Shown piece after piece: positions 17,471 to 28,061 of a DNA stretch of 64,000 bases. The stretch comes from a virus, in the IMG/VR virus record IMGVR_UViG_3300042561_001059, positions 19,535 to 83,534 of that record. One strand, 5' to 3'. Both the position numbers and the translations under genes were made by a program. Numbering within the stretch: position 1 is the first letter of the stretch; each line of letters opens with the position of its first letter. Under the pieces are notes generated by a model. The model searched no databases. It worked only from the letters and a program-made list of their open reading frames with translations, and was not told the DNA's origin.

Positions 17471-18322
17471 ATGGTTGTTGCTGATATTCCGACTGAACCT
17501 TGGTATAAAAAATACTCAGAAGAGCCGGAGCTTTTTGATGAGCTGAACTCAAAACCGGCCAGAGTCACAATCAATGGTAAGCGCCATTACCATACTCCGT
17601 TCCTGACGGGTCCAGCGCCATCAGTAACAACCATAATTTCTGAGACCGCATCAGAAGCCAACAAAAAGAAGTTAGAGATGTGGTCCAAGAATAATCCAGG
17701 CATGAAGGAGGCGGCAGCAGAGAGAGGAACTGCTATCCACTCATGTATGGAGCATTACCTCAAGAAAGAAATTGTTGATGTGCCGGAAGAATATGAAGAG
17801 TTTTGGTCCGGGATGCCACAGATTTTAGACCAGTTTCAAGAAGTAGTTTGGGCTGAGACTCCTTTGTGGGAAAAACATAAATTTGCTCTGTCGGAAGATG
17901 GTGTGGGAAGAGTGTGGGGATGTGATGAAGAAGGGCGAGCATGGTCTGGATCTCCAGATATTATTGGGGTAGCCGGTAACAAACTGACGCTTGCCGACTT
18001 AAAGACATCGAATGGACCCTATTACAGACGATGGCCCAAGAACCTAGAGAAAGGGTCGCCTGAATGGAGAGCTAATCTAGCAGGGTATATGAAATTTTCC
18101 AAGTGTTGCTTACAATTGGGAGCATACGACTTGGGAATTGAACAGACTTTAGGGATGAGGGTCCAGCAGGGGGCCATCATTGTTTCGACGAAAGATAAGA
18201 CGCAACTCTTCTTAATTACTAGGAATCACCTCAACATCATGAGAGAAAAGTGGTTGAAGGTGGTACAAGAGTACTATGAACAAATCAAGGTGATGGACGA
18301 TTATGACCCCGATCTTGTCTGA
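17471..18322 (+). CDS. PD-(D/E)XK exonuclease
   Basis: PSVTTII, ERGTAIHSCME, GSPD..DLKTS, QLGAY. Confidence 0.85.
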   Translation: MVVADIPTEPWYKKYSEEPELFDELNSKPARVTINGKRHYHTPFLTGPAPSVTTIISETASEANKKKLEMWSKNNPGMKEAAAERGTAIHSCMEHYLKKEIVDVPEEYEEFWSGMPQILDQFQEVVWAETPLWEKHKFALSEDGVGRVWGCDEEGRAWSGSPDIIGVAGNKLTLADLKTSNGPYYRRWPKNLEKGSPEWRANLAGYMKFSKCCLQLGAYDLGIEQTLGMRVQQGAIIVSTKDKTQLFLITRNHLNIMREKWLKVVQEYYEQIKVMDDYDPDLV

Positions 18323-18602
18323 GATTTGGAAAGAACTGATCAAATGGTGGAAGAAGGTTTGGTTTGAAGCCAGGCTGAAGGCTAGGCTGCAGATGATCGA
18401 ATGGCAGACGCAAGTAGAGGCTGAGCTTGAAAGGAAGGAAAGGTTTGAGCCTGTCTACCAGGAGAAGCCGGTAGATGAAGAGTTGCAAACAGGAGAGTCT
18501 CAACTGCTTGGTGGTGAGATGAGATTGGCGGCCAAGTGGGTGATTGAAGAAGAGAATGTAAGAAAAAGTAATGAACAGGATAGGTCTAATGAGACCAACT
18601 GA
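18303..18602 (+). CDS. Hypothetical protein
   Basis: ATG ORF overlapping the exonuclease stop. Confidence 0.6.
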   Translation: MTPILSEIWKELIKWWKKVWFEARLKARLQMIEWQTQVEAELERKERFEPVYQEKPVDEELQTGESQLLGGEMRLAAKWVIEEENVRKSNEQDRSNETN

Positions 18603-18671
18603 TCTTTGGAAAGTGATAAGAATTGGTCAGGGTTGGGGACATTAGGATAAAAGAAATACAACCTCACTCTC

Positions 18672-18860
18672 ATGGAGATTCCGGTCTCGGTCGGGGAGTG
18701 GATGCAAGACCTTTGTTTTCGCATGGATAATGCGGAAGAGGGGGATTGTTTTCTTCTCCCATCACCAATGCACCTTCACGCTTATGAGCTAGTTAAGGAA
18801 GCGCAATTTCCGGAAAAGAATTTTAGAGTTAAGGTAGGGAACCTGGAGTGTCTGCTGTGA
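18672..18860 (+). CDS. Hypothetical protein
   Basis: ATG ORF coupled to the primase. Confidence 0.55.
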   Translation: MEIPVSVGEWMQDLCFRMDNAEEGDCFLLPSPMHLHAYELVKEAQFPEKNFRVKVGNLECLL

Positions 18861-21538
18861 CCAGTGCAAATTTACTAACCTTGAAACCGGGCGAAATTAA
18901 CCTCCAGTGGATCCCGATCGAGTGGCCTCTTACTCCACTGGGGGAGAATAAAAATCCATATCTGACTGGTTGGCAGAACAAACCCTGCACTCCACATGAG
19001 ATTGCAAATGAGATCCAGGGGGGAGAGTGTAAAGCTGTTGGCCTCATTTCAGGTCCTTGCTACAACGAACCATATGGTCACGTTTGGGTTGACGTTGACG
19101 GACCCAGTGTTTACCAGTTGGTAGAAGAAGTTTCGGGGCATCAATTTGAGCAGGCACTCCCTGCTACCTTGACAATCTGTAGCGGTAAGAAGGGTAGGGA
19201 ACGTCGCCTATACCGCATCAATAAAAAAGATTGGGGTCATTTTGTACGTAATAAATATGTATGGCATGCATCGGCGGAAAAGGAGAAACTTGAGATCCTT
19301 TGGCAAAAGCACCAGGGTGTCTTGATGGGGTCTCACCCTGAGACTGATGGTTACTACACGCCTGAAGGGTTGGGATTTGAGTGGGTGCTAAGCATTCCCT
19401 ACTTACCTGCTTGGATTCTCGAAGGAATTAAAGATAAAAACAAGAAGCAAGGTAAGCCTTCCACTGAGCAGGGCAGGGTTGTTGGCCCAGGGTTTGCAAT
19501 TAATACGCGCATTTCACTTGAAAGGGACATGCAACTTGCTGTTGAAGCAACGTGGGCTATGCCTCCAGAAGCTGCAGATGATTACGATATTTGGATTATG
19601 GCGGGCCAAGCTCTCCATGAATTGGACGAATCGCTTCTTGATGTTTGGGATGATTGGTCTAAGCAGAGCGATAAGTACAAGCCAGGAGAATGTCAGAGGA
19701 GGTGGCAATCCTTTTCGAAGGGTGGTGGCAGAAGCATTGGATCGCTAATTCATATTGCCAAAGAGAATGGTTGGAAGCCAAGTGAGAACTATAAAGCGAT
19801 GAACGTTGATGATGAAACACTTGAACACGTATCCAAAGTCCTTGAGGAAATTGAAGAAGACATGGAACTCACCATTGAACCAGAGCGTGAATTAGTTGAG
19901 CTGAAGAGAGCTGATGTAAATATCCAGGCAAAGACAAAGAGTAAGAAAGGGAAGGATGGAAGTAACGTAACTCGCAACGCATCATCTGATGTCATTGCCG
20001 ATTTGTTGCTTCAGATGTACAGGGGCAACCTTTTGTACAGCCTTCCTCACGGTCAATTTTTTCTTTATGAGAAAGAAGGAAAAGGGCTCTGGTCTCCCAT
20101 GCAGAAGGTTGAGATCCTTGGTGACATCCGCGATAAGTTAAAAGAAATTAAAGAGTCTGGTGATTTGTTGCCAATGGGCTTCAGCTCCAGGCTGATGACC
20201 GATATGAGTGAACATCTTCAGTCGGCACTTTGTTTTAACGGTTGGTATGAAAGTGGTGATCTCCTCCTTTTCACCAATGGTATTTTGAATGTTGAGACCA
20301 GGGAGCTTCTTCCATTTAAGAGGGAGAAGTACATGACTCAGCAGATGCCATATGACTATGATCCTGCGGCTACCTGTGAAGATATTGTTGTTTGGTTAAA
20401 GCACACTCAATACAACAACTGGCAACGTGCTCAGGTACTCAGGGCTTGGTTAAGGGCCACATTGTTGGGTCGCTATGAATTGCAAAAGTTTCTTGAAATT
20501 GTTGGCCCAGGTAAGTCTGGTAAGTCAACGTATGCAAACCTGGCAGTTGCCTTGGTTGGCAAGAGGAATGTGTACTCAACTGACTTTGAGAACCTGGAGA
20601 AGAATAGATTTGAAGCCGCTGGTTACATGGGTAAAAAGCTGTTGCTGTTCCAGGATGCAGATCGTTGGGGTGGCTCTGTTTCGAGATTGAAAGCAATCAC
20701 CGGTAACGACTGGATTCGTTCTGAACGTAAGTATCAGCATGAAAATAATGAACCATTTCAATTCAAAGGGTTGGTGATGATTACTGCCAACGAAGCTATT
20801 CAGACAACAGACTACACCTCTGGTTTGGCCAGGCGGAGACTGACGATTCCATTTGATCGTCCTTTTACTGGATCACAGAAAGAACAAAAAGAACTCATCA
20901 AATTCAATACGAAAGGTGAGCCGCAAGGTGAGTTTGCTCCGCTGTTACCAGGGCTGGTTAATTGGTTGTTGGATATGAGTGAGGATGAAATGAGGGAATA
21001 CCTGATGGAAACCAATAAAAAAGTTGAGTTCTTTGGTAAGTATGCACACGTTCAAAACCTGAGGTCAAACCCAATCCTGGACTGGATGGAACACAAGATT
21101 GTTTTTGATCCGGGCGTTAAGTCGTGCATTGGTTTCTTGACTGGTAGCGCCAGTAATCAGTCATATGACAACCACACGCGTTGGCTGTACGCAAGCTATG
21201 CCGAATTCTGTAAACGGTGTAACGTTCACTCCATGAGCAGGAGCAGGTTCGAGGTTGTGTTCCTTGATATCTGCAGAAACCAGTTGAGTTTAAACGTATT
21301 TAATAGGAGGAATAGCAAAGGGTTGTTGTTCTTTAATGTGGCCGTTCGTGAATCTGATGGGAAGTACGATAACTATCCAAGTATCGTGACGGTTGCATCC
21401 GATAAAGAAAAGTATGAAATTGAATATGGCGTAAAGATTTCTGTGAATAGAGATGCGAGAATTGAAGATCAAGAAACTGTACTAGAAGCTGATGAACAAT
21501 ACGGGTCGACACCTGATCCTGGACCTTTATCGATGTGA
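18848..21538 (+). CDS. Primase-polymerase / PriCT-2 / D5-like SF3 helicase
   Basis: WVDVDG prim-pol motif; DDYDIWIMAGQALH..WDDWS..SDKY (PriCT-2); GPGKSGKST Walker A; ITANE..SGLARR. Confidence 0.92.
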   Translation: MSAVTSANLLTLKPGEINLQWIPIEWPLTPLGENKNPYLTGWQNKPCTPHEIANEIQGGECKAVGLISGPCYNEPYGHVWVDVDGPSVYQLVEEVSGHQFEQALPATLTICSGKKGRERRLYRINKKDWGHFVRNKYVWHASAEKEKLEILWQKHQGVLMGSHPETDGYYTPEGLGFEWVLSIPYLPAWILEGIKDKNKKQGKPSTEQGRVVGPGFAINTRISLERDMQLAVEATWAMPPEAADDYDIWIMAGQALHELDESLLDVWDDWSKQSDKYKPGECQRRWQSFSKGGGRSIGSLIHIAKENGWKPSENYKAMNVDDETLEHVSKVLEEIEEDMELTIEPERELVELKRADVNIQAKTKSKKGKDGSNVTRNASSDVIADLLLQMYRGNLLYSLPHGQFFLYEKEGKGLWSPMQKVEILGDIRDKLKEIKESGDLLPMGFSSRLMTDMSEHLQSALCFNGWYESGDLLLFTNGILNVETRELLPFKREKYMTQQMPYDYDPAATCEDIVVWLKHTQYNNWQRAQVLRAWLRATLLGRYELQKFLEIVGPGKSGKSTYANLAVALVGKRNVYSTDFENLEKNRFEAAGYMGKKLLLFQDADRWGGSVSRLKAITGNDWIRSERKYQHENNEPFQFKGLVMITANEAIQTTDYTSGLARRRLTIPFDRPFTGSQKEQKELIKFNTKGEPQGEFAPLLPGLVNWLLDMSEDEMREYLMETNKKVEFFGKYAHVQNLRSNPILDWMEHKIVFDPGVKSCIGFLTGSASNQSYDNHTRWLYASYAEFCKRCNVHSMSRSRFEVVFLDICRNQLSLNVFNRRNSKGLLFFNVAVRESDGKYDNYPSIVTVASDKEKYEIEYGVKISVNRDARIEDQETVLEADEQYGSTPDPGPLSM

Positions 21539-21851
21539 TCCGGAGGTTTTGGATGATTATGAGAAGTTGGTTGATGTGCTGACCCAGGCATTGGTGTTGT
21601 CTAGGGCAACGGTGCTTCAGGTTGTTGGTCATCGGTTTCAGCCGCAGGGCGTGACTCTGTTGGTACTACTGGCAGAATCACACGCTTCCATTCATACCTG
21701 GCCGGATGAACGGTATGCGGCAATTGATTTTTATACCTGTAACTCCATGACGGATACGGAGGGGATCAAAGCATTGTTGAAGAAAGAATTGAAGGCGGAA
21801 AGTTTTATAGAGAGGGAAATTACTAGATCAATTAATGAAAACATTCGTTAA
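21492..21851 (+). CDS. speD: S-adenosylmethionine decarboxylase proenzyme
   Basis: GRHLILDL, FQPQGVT, LAESHASIHTWP, DFYTC. Confidence 0.93.
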   Translation: MNNTGRHLILDLYRCDPEVLDDYEKLVDVLTQALVLSRATVLQVVGHRFQPQGVTLLVLLAESHASIHTWPDERYAAIDFYTCNSMTDTEGIKALLKKELKAESFIEREITRSINENIR

Positions 21852-21887
21852 TTAATTGGATATAATCGGACAAGTTCTGATTTTCCA

Positions 21888-23150
21888 ATGACTAAACCAA
21901 AGCTTTTGTGGATTGGCGATATTATCGCTCGCACCGGATTTGCTCGTGTAACAGAAAATGTTCTTGAGCGAATCAAAGAAGAATATGAAGTGGTTGTATT
22001 GGGATGTAACTGGCATGGTGACCCACATCCTCTTCAGAACACATACAAAATTTTTCCAGCTACCAACAGGTTTCAGCAGGCTCCGTTTGGAGAGGACCGT
22101 ATTCGTGAAGTAGTGGAGGGCGAAAAGCCTGACGTTATCTTTACGATTAATGACATCTGGATTGTTAATGAACAGTACCGACGTATCGAGGATCTGCATA
22201 AGGCTGGTCGGTTTAAGTTTGTTGGCTACTGCCCCATGGATTCGTATGGCTGGATTGGGGGCATCAGCGATACTGCTAATGAATGGGATGCGTTGATTTC
22301 CTATACGGAATTTGGTGCATACGAATTTATTAAGGGTGGTATTCGTAAGCCGATTACTGTTATCCCCCACGGGATTACTGATGGTCAGTTTTATCCCAAG
22401 GATAAAGCGCAATGCCGAAAGGAGTTGGGCCTGAAGGAAGAAGACTTTATTGTTTTCAACGGGAATAGGAATCAGTTCAGGAAAAGGATTGATATCACTA
22501 TTTCTGCGTTTGCTGAGTTTGCGAAGGAAAGGCCTAATGCAAAGTTGTATTTGCATATGGGTACCAAGGATCAGGGCTGGGATGTGATGCAGGTGTTCGG
22601 TAGGGAGATGGTTCGTAGGGGACTTGATCCCAACGGAAGGATCATCATGACCGCCCAGACGCCTAACCCTCCTGCTGTCGAAGTTGAGCTGCTTAACACG
22701 ATTTATAACGCGGTTGACGTTGGTGTCAATACGTGTAAAGGGGAAGGATGGGGGCTCGTCAATTTTGAGCACGCTGCCTGCAGGGTGGCTCAGGTGGTGC
22801 CAGACCATACGTCCTGTAAAGAGATCTTTGAGGGCTACGGGAAGCTGATTCGGTGCGACCACGTGGATGTGGACGTGAACTTCGCCAGGGAGATGCCATG
22901 CCCCTCTGACGCCCACCTGGCCGAGATTCTGGCTGAGCTGTACGAAAGTCCCGAAGAGCTGCTTCAGACGGCTGAGAAGTGCTACCAGAGGGCTACGGAC
23001 GTTGCCTTCCAGTGGGACACCGTTGCTGCCGAATTCCACAAGGTGTTTCAAGAGGTGCTTTCTGATACGTATGAACTAGAGCAGAAGGAAGTCTCACCTG
23101 TCGCAATTGAGAAGAAAAGTAAGAAGGGAAAAGGGAAGAAAACTGCTTAA
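21888..23150 (+). CDS. Glycosyltransferase family 4 (GT-B)
   Basis: TGFARV, IPHG, NRNQFRK, GEGWGLVNFEHAAC. Confidence 0.88.
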   Translation: MTKPKLLWIGDIIARTGFARVTENVLERIKEEYEVVVLGCNWHGDPHPLQNTYKIFPATNRFQQAPFGEDRIREVVEGEKPDVIFTINDIWIVNEQYRRIEDLHKAGRFKFVGYCPMDSYGWIGGISDTANEWDALISYTEFGAYEFIKGGIRKPITVIPHGITDGQFYPKDKAQCRKELGLKEEDFIVFNGNRNQFRKRIDITISAFAEFAKERPNAKLYLHMGTKDQGWDVMQVFGREMVRRGLDPNGRIIMTAQTPNPPAVEVELLNTIYNAVDVGVNTCKGEGWGLVNFEHAACRVAQVVPDHTSCKEIFEGYGKLIRCDHVDVDVNFAREMPCPSDAHLAEILAELYESPEELLQTAEKCYQRATDVAFQWDTVAAEFHKVFQEVLSDTYELEQKEVSPVAIEKKSKKGKGKKTA

Positions 23151-23472
23151 CCTTTTCTTAGCCAAAGTCCTACCACCCATCCCCAAGACCAGGCCCATCA
23201 CCAAAACGTAGTGGTGGCAATGGTTTTGGGGATTTTTACCAGGGATGAGAGGGTGGAGAAGGGCGGACTTTGGGGGGAATTGGGCTACTTGACCCCCCCC
23301 TTCAAACAACCCTTCACAATACGTGAACGTTTTGGTGCGAATGTACACAGGTTGTGTGTACAATTGGACTAAATCATTCACGTGCTACGAAAAGAAATTA
23401 AAAGGGGGGTATTCTCGTCAAACTCCGACCAAGTCCTACCAAAAGCCTTTCCACCCATCGCAACTGAGTCTC

Positions 23473-24126
23473 ATGTTGAAACTGCTATTTCGTTACATCC
23501 CGAACATTGATGAGCTGGATGTCGAGCAACTAGATCGTTTGAACTACTATCGTGGGTTCCCATGTGCTCACGGCCATACCATTCGTGACTCGAAGAAGCA
23601 CTGGTGTTATCACTGTGCCCTTAAGATCCAGACCAACGTCTGTGGGTTTGACATCAACTACCTGCACCGCGACTACAAGATCAGATATGAGACTCTCTGG
23701 AGGAGCATCCCCCAGGGTCCTTTTGATGAGTGCTGGGAGGTCGAGGAAAAAAAGAGTAGGATCACCTTCCCGTCCTACAGGTCCCTGTACAGCCAGCGAT
23801 TCACGGAGTACGTCAACGTTCACAAGCTGATCTATCAGTGCGCCTGGGGAGACATAGGCAGTACATGGGTGACAAGGACATGTAAGAACCCCAAGTGTTT
23901 CAATCCCCTACACATGAGGTCTGCCTGGAACCAAGCCAACCCACCTAAGTCAATCTCACCATTCGCAACTGAGTTTCAATATGAGAAATTAATGTTGGCT
24001 GGCAATCGAGATCGTTTGAATCTTCCAACTGATGGACCAGTGTCAGCTCAGTTCAAAATGCCGATAACTAATCCACAACACAATAAAAAACTAAAGAAGC
24101 TGAGGAGTAAAATAGAAAAAAAGTAG
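23473..24126 (+). CDS. Zn-binding, HNH-like hypothetical protein
   Basis: CAHGH..CYHC; ECW..HKLIY..CKNPKCFNPLH resembles a degenerate HNH; start moved to ATG 23473. Confidence 0.55.
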   Translation: MLKLLFRYIPNIDELDVEQLDRLNYYRGFPCAHGHTIRDSKKHWCYHCALKIQTNVCGFDINYLHRDYKIRYETLWRSIPQGPFDECWEVEEKKSRITFPSYRSLYSQRFTEYVNVHKLIYQCAWGDIGSTWVTRTCKNPKCFNPLHMRSAWNQANPPKSISPFATEFQYEKLMLAGNRDRLNLPTDGPVSAQFKMPITNPQHNKKLKKLRSKIEKK

Positions 24127-24134
24127 ATAGATAA

Positions 24135-25058
24135 ATGGCACGAGCTAGTTCTCGCTCTTCTGTTTCTCAACGCCAAAGAACTGTAAACAACCCTCTTTCC
24201 CTGGGTACCTTTAGCGAAACTTCTTTGCGCTATCTGCAGGGAACACTGCAGGCAACTTATCAATTACAAGAGAATGGCTTTGGTGGAGGTTCATATAACC
24301 ACTGGTTCTCCGTTGAAATTACTTCACCTGCCTGGATAATCCTGACTAAAGATGGAGATCGTTCCAAGTATGTGCAGATTTCTTGCTATGACTTGAATTT
24401 GATTCCAATCGAAGGGCGTTCTATTTTCCAGGCCGATAGTGTACCTGAGACTTTTTTGACGGGAGGTCAAGAAGAAATTTTTTATCCGTTTGTTGGGCAC
24501 GTAATGTCTGCCCAATCGGATCTCTATAACACCTTTAGTCAATACAGTCTTTTCAAGGGCGACGACAGATATTATCCCCTGGGTGCAGGAAGATATTTGA
24601 TTTGTGTTTCCAGCACGCGAAACGAACCTATTGATTACAACGTTGGACTTGTTATTGAATTTCCTTCTGAAGATTTGTTTATTCTTCTTGAGGATCTAGA
24701 TGGTAGCAAGCTTGCCCTTGAGGATGCTGTTGACCCAAGTAACACTAACCTTATCGGCCCGACGTTCTCTGTTGATTACATTATTCCATCAGGCGTGAAT
24801 GCGGCAACTTCATTTGTCGCACAAATTGATGCTGGTGTGACTGTAACTGTGTCCGCTGGTTCAACTTGGCTAATCGGATCGTTCGAACCAGGCAATAGCA
24901 TTCCGCAGAATATCTTTCTTTTAGACCCAACTTCGACTTATGACTTCTATAGTGATCATGAACACTCAAGGGCTGAGTGGGTAAATGCCTGGAACAGGGA
25001 ACATCAAGACACTGACAAATTCCCAGCGGTATTTGAACCCTTACTTACAGGCCCGTAG
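24135..25058 (+). CDS. Hypothetical (possible structural) protein
   Basis: 307-aa ATG ORF, beta-rich, preceded by TAAAATAG. Confidence 0.6.
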   Translation: MARASSRSSVSQRQRTVNNPLSLGTFSETSLRYLQGTLQATYQLQENGFGGGSYNHWFSVEITSPAWIILTKDGDRSKYVQISCYDLNLIPIEGRSIFQADSVPETFLTGGQEEIFYPFVGHVMSAQSDLYNTFSQYSLFKGDDRYYPLGAGRYLICVSSTRNEPIDYNVGLVIEFPSEDLFILLEDLDGSKLALEDAVDPSNTNLIGPTFSVDYIIPSGVNAATSFVAQIDAGVTVTVSAGSTWLIGSFEPGNSIPQNIFLLDPTSTYDFYSDHEHSRAEWVNAWNREHQDTDKFPAVFEPLLTGP

Positions 25059-25079
25059 CTTTTAGACTGAACAAAAACT

Positions 25080-25886
25080 ATGACTACTCTAGTTGCTAAC
25101 GTACCACCTGTAAAAGTGTGGGTCAGAAAAGAATATTTGTATGACCTTCAAAAAGGACATGGAGAATATACGCCTGGTTATTGGGTGACATGCAAATCTC
25201 TTACTGGAAGGGCTTTGTATTTTGAAACGTACCTGACTGAGTACGGCGCTTTATACGACAAACTGCCTATCAGTGCCTTTTTATCGTGGGACTCTGACCA
25301 TCCAAATGAACCCGTTCCGCCCACACCTGATTTGGAACTAACCGATCTTCAGTTTTGGAACGGCTTTGATCATGGTCTTACGGTGGTAGAAAAGAATCTT
25401 ATTTTTAATATGCGTTTTGAGGTCCTGACAAGATCTCAAGGTGTAATGCAGGGCACATACTTATTCACAGTTGACAATTACCATCCTCATCGTAACGAGC
25501 CTGACTTTTATTTCTCGGAGTTTCCAGATGAGCACAAATCGCACAACATTGTGGCTTTGGACAATGGCCAAATTGGGGCTTATCCTAACAATCGTTGCCG
25601 AATGGTCGACCCATCATTGACAAACAATGATCTAAAGACGCCTGACTTTAAGGTTTCAACTAGATACTTCGATGTCGAAAGTGCACCTAAATGGGGACGC
25701 CTAGGCGAGTGTGACGATTATTTTTGGAAAACACCTAATGAAAAAGAAGTAGAAACAGAAGAAATTACCTGTCGCTCTCAGGGGCAATGGGAATCTTTTT
25801 TTGATACTGATGATTCTCTACTTGAAAAACAATGTGGAGACGACATGGCTTGCCTGATTGCAAACAGGAAAAAACAAAAGATGTAA
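25080..25886 (+). CDS. Conserved hypothetical phage protein
   Basis: VRKEYLYD..GALYDKLPISAF..EHKSHN..YPNNR. Confidence 0.65.
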   Translation: MTTLVANVPPVKVWVRKEYLYDLQKGHGEYTPGYWVTCKSLTGRALYFETYLTEYGALYDKLPISAFLSWDSDHPNEPVPPTPDLELTDLQFWNGFDHGLTVVEKNLIFNMRFEVLTRSQGVMQGTYLFTVDNYHPHRNEPDFYFSEFPDEHKSHNIVALDNGQIGAYPNNRCRMVDPSLTNNDLKTPDFKVSTRYFDVESAPKWGRLGECDDYFWKTPNEKEVETEEITCRSQGQWESFFDTDDSLLEKQCGDDMACLIANRKKQKM

Positions 25887-25939
25887 ATAAAGAACTTAAA
25901 TTGAGATACGTAGAATAAAAGAAGAGTTACCGAATACTC

Positions 25940-26104
25940 ATGGACAAACTTAGCCATTACATTGAGATCGCTCTGGCCATTCACGCCGCTGCGTCAATTA
26001 TCTGCGCCTTAACTCCAACCAGGAAAGACGATGATTTTCTTGGTAAAGCCTACAAGGTACTTGAATTTCTTGCTTTGAATATTGGTCGCGCTAAGGATCG
26101 CTGA
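25940..26104 (+). CDS. Small holin-like membrane protein (below cutoff)
   Basis: MDKLSHYIEIALAIHAAASIICALTPTRKDDDFLGKAYKVLEFLALNIGRAKDR; TM segment then TPTxKDD; near the endolysin. Confidence 0.6.
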   Translation: MDKLSHYIEIALAIHAAASIICALTPTRKDDDFLGKAYKVLEFLALNIGRAKDR

Positions 26105-26263
26105 TTATTCAACTGGTTGAAACCACATTACGATTCCGCCTTCACGTTCGGCCCATTCTCTTGTTGCGTACGCTTCCTCTTTTGGAAGTGTTGCGCATTT
26201 TTTTTCATCACCTACATGCCAACAGATATTTACCCTGATCTTCGGGTCTCTTTTTGCTTTCAT
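26105..26263 (-). CDS. Small hypothetical protein (below cutoff)
   Basis: MKAKRDPKIRVNICWHVGDEKKC...; ATGA overlap with the endolysin stop. Confidence 0.55.
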   Translation of the reverse strand: MKAKRDPKIRVNICWHVGDEKKCATLPKEEAYATREWAEREGGIVMWFQPVE

Positions 26264-27354
26264 TTCTCAACAAGAATTGCCCATCCTGTATTTGGCCCGT
26301 CTACTTCCCAGCGACGCAACCAATTTTTGCGGCTGTATTTAATACCTTGTCCAGATTTTGGTTTTGTACTCACATAACCACCATTGCTCATATCTGCTTC
26401 TCCGTAAGGATCGTTAAAAACAAAATGCGTTGGTGTAATCCCTTTGATTACAGACCAATGTCCTCCACCGGAAGGTTTGGCAATGGATCCTTGGTGCAGC
26501 CAACCGACAGCAAGTGGCTTGCCACTATTGATTTCACTTTCAATTAATTTTGTATTTCCATTGGAAACAAACCTTGCATTGAGTCCCAGGTGTCTCAGTG
26601 TTTTTAGCTGAGCCATTGAATCAGTTGTATCACCAAAATTTACACGAATCTTGTTGTATTCATCATCAGAAGCTACCTTCCCATAGAAAGCTGCAATCAT
26701 TGCACAGCTAGAGGAAAAGCATTCCCTAAACCCTTTACCAGACTTATTGTCTAGTTGATAAAAATATGGAACCGTCAATATTTTTTCATTGCTGGTAATC
26801 GGTAATGATCCCAGCTTTTCATTCATAATATTAATTAATTTTTTTGCGTATTCTGGATCTGTAGCATATTGCTCTGTGACTAAAAGCTGGGCGCATTCAT
26901 TTCTATTACTTGCTCTATTTACACCTTTATAAGTGTTGTAGTCTTTATACCAACGATCTACCAGATACTGAACACACGATTCAAGATCTGGAAAATCCAT
27001 GAAATCATCTTTGATTTCAATCCATTTGTTATTGATAAATTCTTTTGTGCCTGCCGTACTTCCTTTACCTTTTAATCCAAAAAAATTGTTTGTGCCAGAG
27101 GTGAACTTACCGTATCCACTTTCTAGCGCCCATTGAGCAGCAACAACTTCTGGAAATTTGGCACCTGCTTTCTTTGCAATTTTTACTAGGTCGTCCCAGG
27201 TGTTGGTTGAGTTTTCTTTTGTTCCTTGTCGGTACTGGGTGGCAAATTCCTCTAAAATTTCAGGTGAAATATTTTTTTGCAGCCACTCCCATGCATCAAT
27301 TTGATGCTTTAAGTCCTTGAAGTTCTTAGCGGCATCAATAAGTTTTATTGACAT
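26260..27354 (-). CDS. Endolysin: GH73 glucosaminidase plus C39-like peptidase
   Basis: AQWALESGYG..NNFFGLK..YATDPEY; VPYFYQ..CFSSSCAM..GHWSV..NDPYG. Confidence 0.88.
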   Translation of the reverse strand: MSIKLIDAAKNFKDLKHQIDAWEWLQKNISPEILEEFATQYRQGTKENSTNTWDDLVKIAKKAGAKFPEVVAAQWALESGYGKFTSGTNNFFGLKGKGSTAGTKEFINNKWIEIKDDFMDFPDLESCVQYLVDRWYKDYNTYKGVNRASNRNECAQLLVTEQYATDPEYAKKLINIMNEKLGSLPITSNEKILTVPYFYQLDNKSGKGFRECFSSSCAMIAAFYGKVASDDEYNKIRVNFGDTTDSMAQLKTLRHLGLNARFVSNGNTKLIESEINSGKPLAVGWLHQGSIAKPSGGGHWSVIKGITPTHFVFNDPYGEADMSNGGYVSTKPKSGQGIKYSRKNWLRRWEVDGPNTGWAILVEK

Positions 27355-27368
27355 TTTATTTAAACAAA

Positions 27369-27968
27369 CTAGTTCTCAACTGTTTCAACAAGGTCCCACT
27401 GTTGTGCTTCTTCGTTCCATTCATATTCACCAGTCTCAACTGGTTTAGCAACAGGTGCTTCCCATTTACCAGTCATTGCAACCTGGATCCAACTTGGATA
27501 AGGTTGGGTTGCATCTGAAAGTTGCGGCCAGACTGGATATTCAGGCCCGGTGATAAATGCTGCTAACTCGTCGGTTGTCGTCGTTGCTTCAATAGCCGTA
27601 ATTTTGGTGGTACATGCAAGCCGAATTGCTTGACGCCAATTCTTTGTTTCTGTATCTATTGCAATTCCTTCGTCAACTTGCCTGACGATCATCCAATCGG
27701 TTGGCAACAAAAGAGTGTATGCAGTTTGATTTGTGTTTTGGTCCCAAGTGGAAACCAATTGTGTGTGATCTTTCGGAATTAAGTGCCCTTCCGAATCGTA
27801 CCCCCAATAGAACCTTTGGTCCCAAGTCGGGGGATCTGGAACTTCTTGAATGCCAATAGCTTGTTTTTCTTCCCAAGTACTAAGCTTTAGCCAATTGGCA
27901 GGATAATTAATGCCATTATGACTAAAAGCTGAGTCGGGCGCCAAGGGCCTACCATCTAAAACAAACAT
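27369..27968 (-). CDS. Tail-fibre-associated/assembly protein
   Basis: YPANWL..DQRFYWG..LLPTDWMIVR..WRQAIR, typical of tail fibre chaperone-like proteins. Confidence 0.65.
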   Translation of the reverse strand: MFVLDGRPLAPDSAFSHNGINYPANWLKLSTWEEKQAIGIQEVPDPPTWDQRFYWGYDSEGHLIPKDHTQLVSTWDQNTNQTAYTLLLPTDWMIVRQVDEGIAIDTETKNWRQAIRLACTTKITAIEATTTTDELAAFITGPEYPVWPQLSDATQPYPSWIQVAMTGKWEAPVAKPVETGEYEWNEEAQQWDLVETVEN

Positions 27969-28061
27969 TGCTTTTCTATTCTGTATATTTATTTTAACCT
28001 AGTTTCTTATTGACTTCATCTCTAACAGCTATTAAAATTTTGACACTTAATATTTCAAACT

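Noticed and set aside
17471-18322. Cas4 / CRISPR system
   Set aside because: No Fe-S cysteine set, array or other cas genes; it fits a stand-alone phage exonuclease.
21852-23051. 399-aa - strand ORF
   Set aside because: Antisense shadow of the GT4 gene.
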